NCBI GenBank assembly: GCA_964016885.1
Contig: OZ024742.1
Span: forward strand, 123,566,001-123,630,000
Reading direction: 5' to 3'
Length of the DNA stretch: 64,000 nt
Source of the DNA: Eledone cirrhosa
Lineage: Eukaryota
The notes beneath the pieces were generated by a model. That model saw nothing but the letters and a program-made list of their open reading frames with translations. It searched no databases and had not been told where the DNA came from. The translations under genes and the position numbers were made by a program. Position 1 is the first letter of the stretch. Each line of letters opens with the position of its first letter. This document shows, piece by piece, positions 51,780-64,000 of this stretch.

Positions 51780-54700
51780 CATGCACATTCACACACACGC
51801 TCACACTTATTCTCACACGCACACAAACATGTAACAGAGAAAAGAGATGTTAAATGGTGACTGTCTATCCACATTCTATATTAAATATGACGCTGTGTTG
51901 GCAGTATATAGTGGAACACCTGCACAATATCTCTAGCTCCCACATCTTTCTCTGCCTCCTCTCTCTCTCCCTCCCTTGTCTTTTCAGCCCCTCACCATCC
52001 CTTCTTTCTCCCTGCCTCTCTCCTCCTTTCCGTCTCCCTCTCCTCCTCTATTCCTACCCCTCTCCTTCATCTCTCCCTATATATATATAATTAAAGAGTG
52101 ACCACTACAAACTATTGCCCGAGGAGGACGTTGACAGGAAACTTCAAAATTTGTGTTAGTTTTCCTTGTAAATATAAATTTGATATTTTACATGAATAAT
52201 GTATCAAGTACTTTTTTAATTGATATTTTAATATTTTGCCCCCCCCCCCCTGTCACACACACACTCAAACACACACACACACACATTTCGTTCGATACTT
52301 TGGCAAGGGTAGAAACTATAATATGTAGACCCATTGGTGATTCTTCTTTTTTCTTTTGGTATTAACCATTCAACATACATAGACGTGCGTGCCCACACAT
52401 TTCTGTCGCGATACTTTCCACCATTATATTCTGCATAATATAAACGCAACACACATACACATACACGCGCGCGCGCACATACACATCTGCGTTGCCATTA
52501 TTTGACTCCAATCCAACCTTCATTCATCATGCCTATGATTTCAAATATTACTGCTTTGGACGTCTGCACATGTTTTCAGGTAAGTAGAAATGCACTATCT
52601 AACTTGTTTCTGAGTTTCTACGATGGTGAACTGTGATGGGAGGTAAATGTGGGTGCTATTTCTTGCAGGCTGTAAATGTTCCTAAGTTGGATTAAAATTC
52701 TGCGTGGCAGGGAGATCATTTTGGTGCTATTTCTTGCAGGACGTAAATGTTCTTACAATGAATTTTATGAGTATATACCTTTAAATTATGCGCATGCGTA
52801 CTTGTTTCTGTTTCTATGTGTTTAATAAAGAACATTTCATCTTCTATTTGCATATCCTTCTCTTCATATGTTTGTCGTTAAGTGAAATCAGACTGTTAAA
52901 TATGACTGGTCTCCCTTTTCAGAAATTTAAAGGAATATCATAGTTGTCTGCTTATTAGTATGTGCTAGTCGGCTATTTAGGAAAAGTAAAGAAAGAAATT
53001 GATGAATCTAACAGCCATAGTAATAGTTTTATTCTTGACAAAAATGTGTACTTGGAAATGAATGGATCTACATTGGTTTGGATGAGTACCAAACTTTCGA
53101 TCAAGAGCCTGCTTGTGAAATTAACGTGTAAATAGCAGAGCCTTTCTAAAAATTAGTGTACCGATGATGTAACCCTCGAAGTGATTCAGCATGACAGAAA
53201 AACCGGCCATTTGTATTATAGCTACAATCCATCCGACGGGATTCCAAGCAATTTCTATCTACTCAAATCTTCTTCCAAGGTATGGTTGGATATAAACTGT
53301 AGTTGGATATAAACTGCAGTGGGAACGAACCAGAGATCGAACGTAATGATTGCGAAGCGGACACATTAACCATTCAACCTTGCTTCTTTTACGACTTAAA
53401 ACTGTATATATTTAATCAATGTACTGTTTTGTATAGGATATATTATGTCTAAGCATCAAGCATGCATAATGCACGGTTTAACATGATCTGTAGAGCGGTG
53501 GATAACATGGCGTTTTATTTACTTATGATTTGAATTTAAATCGTAGCGCAATTCAGCTTGCCTTTCATCATTCCATGCGTCAATAGAATAAGTAGAAATC
53601 TCTTACTGGAATCAACGTAATCCACAAACCCTTGCTCTCAGATGTATAGTCATGGGCCTATAAAATCAATATTCTTAGAGGTATAATATACTGAAAATAC
53701 ATGACATTGTACCCTTGATAATTTTCTCAAAATCTAATTGAACTTATATGCATAAAGATCGAAATCAAAATTCAATCTCTAAACATTATATATATGTTAT
53801 TACCAAAAGGCTTACACTGTTTGGGAGAATGAAACTCATATCAATGTGACATAAATCATGCTGAGGATCAGATTCTTCTACACAATTAGATTCATAGAAA
53901 TGATTTTCCGAATATCTCAACAGTAATGTTCAATATTTATTTATTCAATAATTTTCTCTTGCTGTATGAAATCAACAGTTTGGTCTACTGAATACTTATA
54001 GCTAAAAATGCTAATTTTTTGTTCTTATTATGCTACCTTTGAAAATCAAAATGCTTTCATCCCTACATAATATAAGTAGGCGGATTCAGTTCTCGCAGTG
54101 TAACCTGATCTATAATGCAAAATGATATAGCACAGAGTCTTCCTCTAATAAATGTACTGTCGGTATGTTTAGGACACGGATGATTTATACAATGAAGATT
54201 TAACGAAACTACGGTTGGCTAGTTTGAATAGAGATTTCGACTGTGTTACATTTCTATATAACAGTATAGATAAAGATTGCATGTTATCACTATAATTGAT
54301 ACTGCAGTGGGTAATCCAATTATTGTGCGCTTATCATTACAAGTTGTACGCATATCATGTGAATCACTGTGGATCACTCTGACTATTTCTCTGTATTCCT
54401 CTTGTATATTATTTACAAGGAGGTAGAATGGCAAAATTATGAAACAGCGCTAATCGATCAAAACTACTTTGTGATCGAATTATGTGATCGATAAAGGCGT
54501 TTCGAAAATAAAAGATCTGTTAGTCTTTCAGCGTGTAATATAGTATCATATCTATGTCTCATTTACGTAATAAAGGCATTAACTATTTCACAGAATACAC
54601 TTGATTAAGTGTAGTAATAAAATACGATACAAGACCAATCAATGATTCAGACGGAATATTTGGAGACATCGCAACTATATCATTCTGTAATTAAGGTAAT

Positions 54701-55289
54701 GAAACAAGTGAAACCAGAAAGAAAAAAACTAAATTGTTTTCAAATATCTGTAAAGTCACGTGAAAGTGTTACTGACTGCATATGAAAAGGAAATATATCT
54801 GAAGATAATATTCAGAAAGTAATTAATTGTAACAATATACGTTAGATCACAGTTTAATTAATCACTGCACTCAGTTCAAGATAGTAGACAGGTAGAATTG
54901 TTAAAGTAATGCGTGAGATACCATGCTGTATTCGCCACTCAACTTAGCTTAAATCATACCGTGGCTTCACGGAGTTGTATGTGTAATATGTGACCTGACT
55001 AAACACCATCATTTAGTCCTTGGCTGCCTTTAGAATAGTTCACTGTGTTGCAAGTCTTTGGGTCAAGCCTCACGATGCAAATGGTAAAAACATTTGTGAA
55101 AATTGCCATGCAGTTGTATGTAATCCTAAAATACATAGTTGCAAAGCGAACGTATTGACAATCACGCCTGTGACAATGTCGTAATGATAGAATCACGACA
55201 GACTTATTTCTTAATACAATCACACATGCGCGTCATTTATACCAGTATAATAAATATTTGAATATATAAAATGTTTTTTAGTATGTATA

Positions 55290-55506
55290 TGTATTTATGT
55301 ACATTAGTATGTATATGTATATTATGTATATACACATATATATATATACATATATATATATTATATATACCTATATGTATATATATATACACATATATAT
55401 GATTATATATACATATATATATAGATATTTACATATAATATATATACACACATATATATACACATATATGTATATATATATATACATATATATCTATATA
55501 TCTATA

Positions 55507-55572
<66 letters not shown>

Positions 55573-55576
55573 TATG

Positions 55577-55618
<42 letters not shown>

Positions 55619-55723
55619 TATGATTATATATGCATATATATATAGATATATACATATAATATATATACACACATATATATACACATATATGTATATATAT
55701 CTATATATCTATATATCTATATA

Positions 55724-55762
<39 letters not shown>
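55290..55762. repeat. Compound (TA)n/(CA)/(TC) microsatellite
   Basis: Directly visible; source of spurious Y/I-rich ORFs. Confidence 0.95.
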
Positions 55763-55764
<2 letters not shown>

Positions 55765-55768
<4 letters not shown>

Positions 55769-56562
55769 AAGTAAGTCCATAGAATCATTTGATAAAATGT
55801 CTACAGTAATTCTCCTCCCAATCAGCATAATTAACCACACAAAAATCAATTAAACGAGGGACATATGATTAGACATATAGCCAACCATACACAATTAGGT
55901 ACCAAATCAAAGTTAGAATAAAAAATGAACATAAACATACCAAAATTATGTTTCTAGCCCATGAGGTTTCATTCGCATTTTGGAAATATCCGATCATGGA
56001 TAAATTCACGAGTTTCGAAATCATCAGGAAACAAACTCAATTGGTCAAAGATTTTTCTTAAATGATCCTCCCCAGAAACAAATTCAAAATGGCTAAGAAT
56101 TGTCTCATGGCCAGCGGTCAAGTTAGAAAGCTTGTGATTGGTGCCTGACGGCGAGTAGGCTGGTTGCTAGAAAGCGCAGCAAAATACTGCCTAAATTGTT
56201 ACTCAACCATACGGGAGTTTATAAAATATATAGATTTACATATACATAAACTAGACATAGCCATAGATATATATATGTGTATTTGGCAACCATTCACGGT
56301 GTGGATCAATGACGAATAAATTAATCAAATAATGAACAATCAGAGCAATATATATGAAAGTAAGTCCATAGAATCATCTGATAAAATATATACAGTATTT
56401 CTTCTCCCAATCAGCATAATTACCCACATAAAGTTTAAAATGTACCTATGAAGAAACAATAGATAAATGATAGCTATTTTATCCGCGATCAACAGCCACA
56501 GAAGATTTACCCAGTATTTCTAATAGACCGTAGAAATTGATTACACGTATAGCCAACCATAC

Positions 56563-56570
<8 letters not shown>
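55765..56570 (-). mobile_element. Two partial copies of the 39690-40085 hammerhead-bearing family
   Basis: gaaagtaagtccatagaatca...ctcccaatcagcataatt occurs at ~55767 and ~56356 (offset ~589); shares blocks with 39690-40085. Confidence 0.7.
55950..56032 (-). ncRNA. Type I hammerhead, homolog of 39966-40046 (more diverged)
   Basis: Minus strand: GUUUC-CUGAUGA-UUUCG[41 nt]CGAAU-GAAA-CCUCAUGGGC-UA-GAAAC. Confidence 0.7.
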
Positions 56571-56621
<51 letters not shown>

Positions 56622-56713
56622 TGCCTCTCTGTTTTGTTCCCGTCCAAATTTGCACTATACAATACAAACTGTCCACAGTTGAAAATTGCAAACTTGACTG
56701 TCACCACACATTA

Positions 56714-56752
56714 TGAACCTGAAGATTGCGAAAGCATGAAAGTACTTGTTCA
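56714..56752 (+). ncRNA. Minimal type I hammerhead upstream of the Penelope ORF
   Basis: UGAAC-CUGAAGA-U-UGC(GAAA)GCA-U-GAAA-GUAC-UU-GUUCA; palindromic GUAC loop III. Confidence 0.8.
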
Positions 56753-57334
56753 ATTAACACTTAACATTTAATATTCTACCATACTATTTCATTCTAATAC
56801 CATTATAGATATTAAAGGATTGTAAATTACACGAGTAAATCAGACAAAGTTGGAATTCCTAACTTCCTAGACACCACCCTAAACCTGAACACCGAGCAAT
56901 ACAGAGCAATACCGAGCGAACCCTAACAATACAGGCAGAGCAGAATCAAATAGGCACCATGTGCCCGACACCACCACACGGGCGGTGGGGACTAGTGCGC
57001 TTAACCACGAGATGGAGCACAATATGAGTAGCAGTCTCAGGCGTGACGCTAACCACCCAAGGACGGACGACCCCAACCGCAGGAGACGTGGGGGGTAGGA
57101 AACGGGCGAGCACCCCACGATGGATCTCCCGGGGCGGACAACGACCACCCCACAAATTCGGGCCGCGAGGATAACAAAAAGCATAGACGCCAAAGGGGAA
57201 GCAGCAGTGCGGAAACCACCAGCAACCCAACAAATCTCCAACAAATCACGAAGCCCCCGACCCACACATATAGGAGGAGACACCGAAAAATCACGTGGTA
57301 CAACCCACCCTACGCAGCGGCCCTAAAGAAAAGC

Positions 57335-58102
57335 TTGGCCCGATTATTCTTTGGAGCACTTGACAAATGCTTCCCGAGGGACCACAGATACCACATGATC
57401 TTCAACAGACACACTGCGAAGCTTTCGTATTCCACCACGAGAAATTTGGCCCAACACATAGCTAGCATCAACAGAAGTAGGCTTAAAAACCACACACAAC
57501 CAGAAGATGGCAATACAAACACTCAGCAGAACCATGTGAAAGGAGGGAAGGAGGGACCCAAAGCCCACCTAAGAAACCCAAACAGACCCGAGGACCCCCC
57601 ACCGAGCCTGGGGGAAGACCAACATGTAACACATAACGGGAACCCTAATCTAGGCACGCAGAGGCCGACCACCCTCTGCAACTGCAGAAACCCCGAATCA
57701 TGCCCCCTTGGTAATGAATGCCTCAAGAAGAACCTAGTGTACGGTTGTAGGGTTAAAACCCCCAACTCCGAACACCTCTACATAGGAGCCACATCAACGA
57801 GCTTTAAAGACCGCTGGTACAACCATCGCCATTCATTCAAGAAGGAGGCCAAAAGGAAAAGCACAGCTCTCTCCGACCTGATCTGGAATCTTAAGCTGGA
57901 CAGGACCCCATACTTTCTGGCCTGGTACATAATCAGGAAAGTACCACCCGATAAAGGGGGATCTTGCATATGCAAACTATGCCTGAACGAGACCCTCGAG
58001 ATACTAAGAGGTGGAAGCGGCCTGATAAACCTCAGAACCGACTTCTTCGGGACATGCAGACACCTTAAAGCCGGGACCTTTCTCAAGATATATGAACAGT
58101 AG
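57335..58102 (+). CDS. Penelope-like GIY-YIG endonuclease domain (open C-terminal fragment)
   Basis: LDKCFP...IFNRHTAKLSYS, CNCRNPESCPLGNECLKKNLVY...LYIGAT...FKDRWYNHRHSF...TALS..IW.LK, CKLCLNE, CRH. Confidence 0.85.
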   Translation: MARLFFGALDKCFPRDHRYHMIFNRHTAKLSYSTTRNLAQHIASINRSRLKNHTQPEDGNTNTQQNHVKGGKEGPKAHLRNPNRPEDPPPSLGEDQHVTHNGNPNLGTQRPTTLCNCRNPESCPLGNECLKKNLVYGCRVKTPNSEHLYIGATSTSFKDRWYNHRHSFKKEAKRKSTALSDLIWNLKLDRTPYFLAWYIIRKVPPDKGGSCICKLCLNETLEILRGGSGLINLRTDFFGTCRHLKAGTFLKIYEQ

Positions 58103-58915
58103 CAACACAAGAAGATGTGAACTCTCATACCAATCTATCCAACATATTCTGACCTTGAGATTGGTTATAGCACACACACACTTTATCCTACATTATTTCT
58201 CACTTCTCCATATTCATTTTCATTACTTTTTCACCATTTTTCATTTATTCTTCATTCTTTATTCTCTATTTATTTATTTATTTTCAAATTATACAAATTA
58301 TATTAATTATTTTATTATATTATTTATTTATTTTCTGTTTTCTTCATTTATTGCCTTATATTTCTTCATATACATGGAATAACCGCCCCCCCATCACCAC
58401 TATGATGGTGGCAGGAGGATGAAGGAAAAAAAACACACTGGATACTTCTAAATTGTTAGCAGCAGCAAGATATAAGCTGACCACAACACCAACAACACTA
58501 CCAGAATAATGGTAGAGGTCAAATGTACTGAACAATAGCAGGAAAAAACACTACAGGGAGCCTCACCTCAGAAAGAATTCTATAGACTTCTGACTGAGGA
58601 ATGCTCTCAGAACTGACCAATGGGAAGTTTGACACTTTTTTTGTTATTTTGGTCCTTTAACACCTTGTCCCTTCTACCATTTTATCAATTTTTAAGCTAA
58701 CTCCAACAATAACAACACTTAGAATGAGGAATGTTCTAATAACTGACCAATGAGAGGAGAAGAGGACCTTTGACACTGAAATTCGTTTGTTTGAATTCAT
58801 ATGAATCCAGTTCCTCAGTGAAACAACAACCCAACAAGGAGCTGGGCATATCAGAGTATTGACAATACTGTACACGTAAACAACATATGTACTTGTCTAT
58901 ACCATACTAATTCAA

Positions 58916-58970
58916 ACTGCCTGAAGAGGTCACAGCCAAAGATGGCTGTCACTGAAATATATATAGCAGT
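58916..58970 (+). ncRNA. Minimal type I hammerhead at the 3' end of the Penelope element
   Basis: ACUGC-CUGAAGA-G-GUCACAGCC(AAAGAU)GGCUGUCAC-U-GAAA-UAUAUA-UA-GCAGU, immediately followed by AATAAA (58971-58976). Confidence 0.85.
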
Positions 58971-59238
58971 AATAAACGAAGCTAAATTTTAATCATTTGA
59001 CTTTTATTTAACTTTATTTTACTATACTCCGGAATAACCAAACCAACCTGCGCACTTCGTCGAGTGCTCCAGCCTGCATACTGAGGTGTTGGTATACAAC
59101 CAACATAAACTCAAAATGTATATTTATATATATATATATATTATATTAAGGATACTATTTATGGTTATCTATATACTAAAACTTTTTATAGTTATGTATA
59201 TTTTAAACCCTAAACCCTAAATTATCTCTCTCTCTCTC

Positions 59239-59275
<37 letters not shown>

Positions 59276-59322
59276 GGCAGTCGTATATATATATGGCAGT
59301 CGTTTTGCATGAAAGTCAAACA

Positions 59323-59505
59323 TTGGCAGTATCGGTAGAGGGTCGGACGTCATCCTTTGACGCATAGAGTTACGGCCCTTTCCATTCTGAGTTCAAATCC
59401 CGCCGAGGTCAACTTTGCCTGTTATCTTTACGGGGTCGATCAAATAAAGTACCAGTAATATACTAGTGAATTGCTGGCCTTGTGCATAAAGTAGAAACAA
59501 TTATT
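59323..59505 (+). mobile_element. SINE family A
   Basis: Matches 16150-16336. Confidence 0.88.
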
Positions 59506-61019
59506 AACGGTGCGTGATGAAAGGACACTGTGATCGTCGAAGGAGAGCGACGAAAATGTTCTGTCATAAGATAGTCAGCCGATAAGCATCATGTACTTTA
59601 CATAACAAAAATATTCGTCTTAGGATTATTTTGATGGCGGAACGTAAGCAAAGGTGTTGATTAAATTATGTGTTAAAGTATACACAGAACCAATATAAAC
59701 ACTTTATATATTAGATGCACACATGACTGTTGGCATATAATTCTAGCATTCAAAATTCAAATTCCAGCGCATGGATGAATCCAAATCACCAAAGGTCTCC
59801 ACAACTCACCAGGACCTACAACGATCTGGGCAAACATGGTGGTCTACTCGAATTGCAATCTATTTGGTCTGCAGTGCGACAAAAATAGGATGCCTCCCAG
59901 TGCAGCAATGCCTCCGACATTTTTGATCACCACCGTCTGGCATGATTTCGTCCCATAACTCAAAATATAGTTCCATCATTCTGTTCTGTTTATTGTAAGT
60001 ACATCATGTTCACTATTTGTACATATCCGCCAAAACATATGGAAACTCATGTGCTTGAATTTAGCATAGATTACTAAAAGCTTAATGAACAGTTAATATA
60101 AAGAATGCTACGCTCATTCGTTGCGGTAATGTAAAATAGCTTATAAAATAGTATGAATACACATAAAAGACAGAAAAAGAGGTTTCCATCGTCTTCTAAA
60201 TATTTGTACCCTGTTTTATGAGCTATTTTATAGCCTCTCCGTGCATGAGCACATCATTCTTCATAAGTCTATCTTCTCTGCGCTTTAAGTGTCCGAGGGA
60301 TTGGCTACACATTTACTTAATGAATGGTTTGTAATGGAGCCTATATTGCAAGTCTTGGCTTTCTGGCCTTACATTTCACATTACACTCACTACTATATAT
60401 GAGACACATAACGATGGTTTTTGAATCTGGCTTAGTATATTCCTAATGAACATTCCAAAAATGTAATACAATTTTCTTTCCTTCTATCAAAGAGCGAATA
60501 TAACCTTTATTAACCTTAATGATGGAATTCTTACACTAATCTGTCGGCTTAGTGTTTAATGTCTATAGCGTGCTGGATATTTCCTGCTACTTGATGTTCT
60601 ATCCTGACCTGATATATCTGTTACTCTACGACCTTAATTATGATATTATGTCTGGGAATCGATTTTACAAGTTTATTAGCTGTGTTCATTTTACTCAAAT
60701 GATGTTTATCTATAAATTCAAATTTAATAATGTCTGGAAAAACTTACATTTAATCATATAAACTCTATTTGTCATAATTAAATTTTTCCTATTAGTAGAA
60801 CTGTTCTTACATGTTACAACTTTAAAATAATACATATTCCACTGGACATTTCTCCTTATATACATATCACGCTGCCATGATGCAGGTATAGCCTTGCTTA
60901 AGTGTGCACATATGCTTTCAAAGCACATTCCCCGGAGAAGAAAGCTTCTTTACGATCTTCCTCTAAATGAAACTTGAAAGGTTACCTGAAATTTTTGAAT
61001 TAATTATACCTTAGCAGCA

Positions 61020-61152
61020 GATGGCGAATTGGCAGAATCAGGAAATCATCGAATAGAATGATTTGCTTTCTTCGTTCCAGCTTTCTAAGATCTGAGTTCA
61101 AATACAGCCGAGATCGATTTTGCTTTTAATCCTTTTAACGTCGATAAAAAAA
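61020..61152 (+). mobile_element. Diverged SINE
   Basis: ggcgaattggcagaatc...ctgagttcaaatacagccgag...gtcgataaaa. Confidence 0.6.
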
Positions 61153-61458
61153 AGAAATTGACATTGTTTCGACCTGGGGAGTAATGGGTTTTGCCAGATT
61201 TACAACAACCAAGATTCACCGTCTGTCACATCAGCGTTACTACGACTCCAGCAGGGAGTTACGTATCTATACATAATGCTTGCAGCCTTCCGTTCCTTGT
61301 TTGCAATCAAATAATAATATTGCTATATTCAGTTGAAATTTTTTATATAATGCATCTTTTTTATTGAAAGGTGTTATGAGGAAGTGCAATGTCTATAGAA
61401 TTTTCAGATTTTCCGGGGTTGGTATTTGTTTGTGTGTTTGTATGTATGTATTTATGTA

Positions 61459-61507
<49 letters not shown>

Positions 61508-62379
61508 GTGTGTGGGTGTGTGTGTGTGTGTGTGTGTGTGCAGACGAGTTTTGTAAGAAACCATGAGCTACTACAATAAGAAGTATTGTAACAGTGTATT
61601 GAGGTAGCCTAAAAGTAGAAACGTTTTGTCCAATAGTTGCATCAGATTAGACTATGATAAATCATTCAATGAGCAGGTGGGGAGGGGGTGGTTCAAATTT
61701 TCACTTTTAAGCATTTACCGTTTAACTATTTATTATATATCAGTCAATTTATTTTCAAGAACGCTACGTATATCGCGTTACAAAATATTCTTCGTAAATA
61801 TTCCAGTTGCAAGGTTTTGCTAATCTATTAATTGAAAAAGAGCAATACAAAAAAACAACAACAAAACTATGATATTTACAACTGTTAAAGCTGTACACAA
61901 GATTAGTAGCTAGTATTTTCGTTTAATTTATACATTCATGCGAAATAATTTTTGTTTCGTCTGTATGCAAAGAGATTTTCGATAATTATGTGCATAGGTT
62001 TACATTCTAATAGATTTTAAGGCGATTATAAGCTAATTATTTTTTTCTGCATATTTATTCAAGCATTAAACATCTGCATGTGTTGTATGTATATTCTAAT
62101 AACTTCGTTGACTCTAAATTTAGCAAAACCAATACATAGGTATAGAATATGAGTTTTCAATTTGGAACTGCGATACAAAAAACATCAATATATAAAATGA
62201 ATATTCTTTATTTAATGGTCCTGTATCTCCTGGTGAAGTCATATGATCGATGCAGTGACATACGCCTTTTCATGGTTATTTTAAGACTGGCGGAACCCAT
62301 CCCTTCCAGGTCTGAATACAGCAAATTTATTCCAGAGAATTATAGAAAGTGAGAGAGAGGAAAAATCTACCCCAATACT

Positions 62380-62527
62380 AGATTATTATAGACTGATATG
62401 TTTTTTATCCATCTCGAATGGATGAAATGCATAGTCGATCTCGGCAGGATTTGAACTCAAAGAGCAGAAAATGGGAACGAATACCGCAAATCATTCTATC
62501 TGGCGTTATAAGGACCCTGCCAATTCA
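62380..62527 (-). mobile_element. Diverged SINE
   Basis: ggatgaaatgcatagtcgatctcggcaggatttgaactc...ctgccaattc is the reverse complement of the SINE head and core. Confidence 0.6.
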
Positions 62528-62629
62528 CAACTAACTTTTCAATCCTTATTGCCATCAAACAAGATAATTATCAGTAGTCATGGCAATAGAAATTATTCAG
62601 ATGTTTATACCTGCGCATCGACGTTTAAT

Positions 62630-63040
62630 TGAAGTTTGGCCTCGGATCTGCGAGCCACACCAATGTCTCTGTGGATCCATCATGGACTGTTTTGGTCTCT
62701 ACCCGCTTTCCTGTCGCCACAGTGCCGGCACCTTCCACGCCATGCTACCCTTAACGAGGTCATAAAGCTGCAGGCGTCCAGGGCTACCTCCCTACTCACC
62801 ACCATAGGCGCTGAGCTGGCCAGCCGCAGGTGTGAGCCTCGCGAGTTGGAATAGCTCTTCCAGCGCATCTCCCTTACAATTCTCCGGGGGAACGCCTCCC
62901 CCATTCTGCTCGCCGGGGCTGCGGGGAGGCCATCAACATGATTATTTAACCCTTTCATTACCATATTTCTAATGATATGCATATATTATATATCTTTCTC
63001 ACCCAAAAGTAAAATACTTCGAAATATAATATTAATAAAC
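62630..63040 (+). pseudogene. CRE-clade non-LTR retrotransposon 3' fragment with an internal deletion
   Basis: RICEPHQCLCGSIMDCFGLYPLSCRHSAG-(fs)-LPRHATLNEVI, then LFQRISLTILRGNA, are typical CRE C-terminal motifs. Confidence 0.65.
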
Positions 63041-63044
63041 ACAT

Positions 63045-63162
63045 GAAGGTGTAAAGCTTACTGGTTAGAGAATTTTACTCGCAAACAAAGAGACTGCGAA
63101 TTCGATTCCTGGACCGGACAATGCGTTATGTTCTTGAGCAAGATACTTTATTTCTCGTTGCT
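63045..63162 (+). mobile_element. SINE family B 5' part
   Basis: ctggttagag...ttcgattcctggaccgg...ttcttgagcaagatactttatttctcgttgct. Confidence 0.55.
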
Positions 63163-63646
63163 GATACTACTGCCAGAAGTCGCAGCTGATAAATAGTATA
63201 CGAATGGAATGACCAATGAAAACATTGATTCCTTGGTTCGGTTTTACGATTTCCACCCCATTTGCAAGTAAATAAGGTATGGGATCTTGTCGCTCGATTC
63301 GATTGATTGATCGATATCTATCTCGCCTAAAAATGAAATAGTTTGAAATGCAATAAAAATACACAGGTATTCCAATCGACATTTTCCAAATATCGTTTTC
63401 AATGCAATATATCGTATTACAGATGTTTCTCACTAACAGTCCAATCTCTTATTTATAATGCAGTATGCTGGATTTACCTATAAGCTATTGGTTAGAGCCA
63501 CGCACCCCCGTGGAGCCTCATTTATAAAAATATATTTTTATTTCATCATTAGGTCATCTTTCTTTGACACATAAACACACACACACACACGCACGCACAC
63601 ACATACACGCACACACACGCACACACACGCACGCACACACACACAC

Positions 63647-63686
<40 letters not shown>

Positions 63687-64000
63687 TATTATTTATCCTT
63701 TACATTAAAATTTAAAAAAATAATCAGGTATAGTTATTTCAAAGTTTGTTTACCTGATATTTTTTAGAGAAGGGTCTCAAATTTTATAAAGCTTATGGCC
63801 TCAGCAGGTGAAAGTCTGTCCTTGATAATGCAGTATAACAGTAAATGTTTCCGGACACAAGCTGTTGCTTATCTTATATTAGAATTACATATCATGTTAG
63901 ATATAACGTATGGGGTAATATTTGATTTCTTCCGTAATACCTTTCTGTTTTTAAATATGAATAAAAAATAAAAATAAACCAAAGTCATTCCAAAATGTGT

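Larger units (their letters stand above)
56840..58980 (+). mobile_element. 5'-truncated Penelope-like element (RT C-terminal remnant, GIY-YIG, 3' pLTR-like region with HHR)
   Basis: FLDTTLNLNT at ~56863, GIY-YIG ORF, long AT-rich 3' region with CCAAT-containing repeats, HHR and AATAAA. Confidence 0.85.

Noticed and set aside
59205-59221. Telomere-like aaaccctaaaccctaaa
   Set aside because: Only two units; expected by chance

Overview
AT-rich, microsatellite-dense eukaryotic DNA, probably a cephalopod (Octopus-like; inferred from the tRNA-SINE families and repeat landscape). I cannot support any host protein-coding gene; nearly all short ORFs in the track are microsatellite or transposon artefacts. 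The window is a transposon mosaic. It holds a non-autonomous Helitron (3993-5583), a near full-length decayed L1/Tx1 LINE between (ATT)n tracts, three tandem R4/Dong-like RLE retrotransposons stacked in (TAA)n tracts, RTE and CRE fragments, two Penelope-like (GIY-YIG) remnants, about 20 tRNA-derived SINEs and several long inverted repeats. The main hidden signal is a dense set of type I hammerhead ribozyme (HHR) motifs between about 28 and 59 kb: nine with complete or near-complete cores, plus decayed and half motifs. Two non-coding, retrozyme-like partial-tandem elements have predicted monomers of 592 and 702 nt. Their hammerheads carry large stem II insertions, and the 592-nt element has a compensatory U3:A8 catalytic core. 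All RNA structures were read by eye and none was tested computationally.
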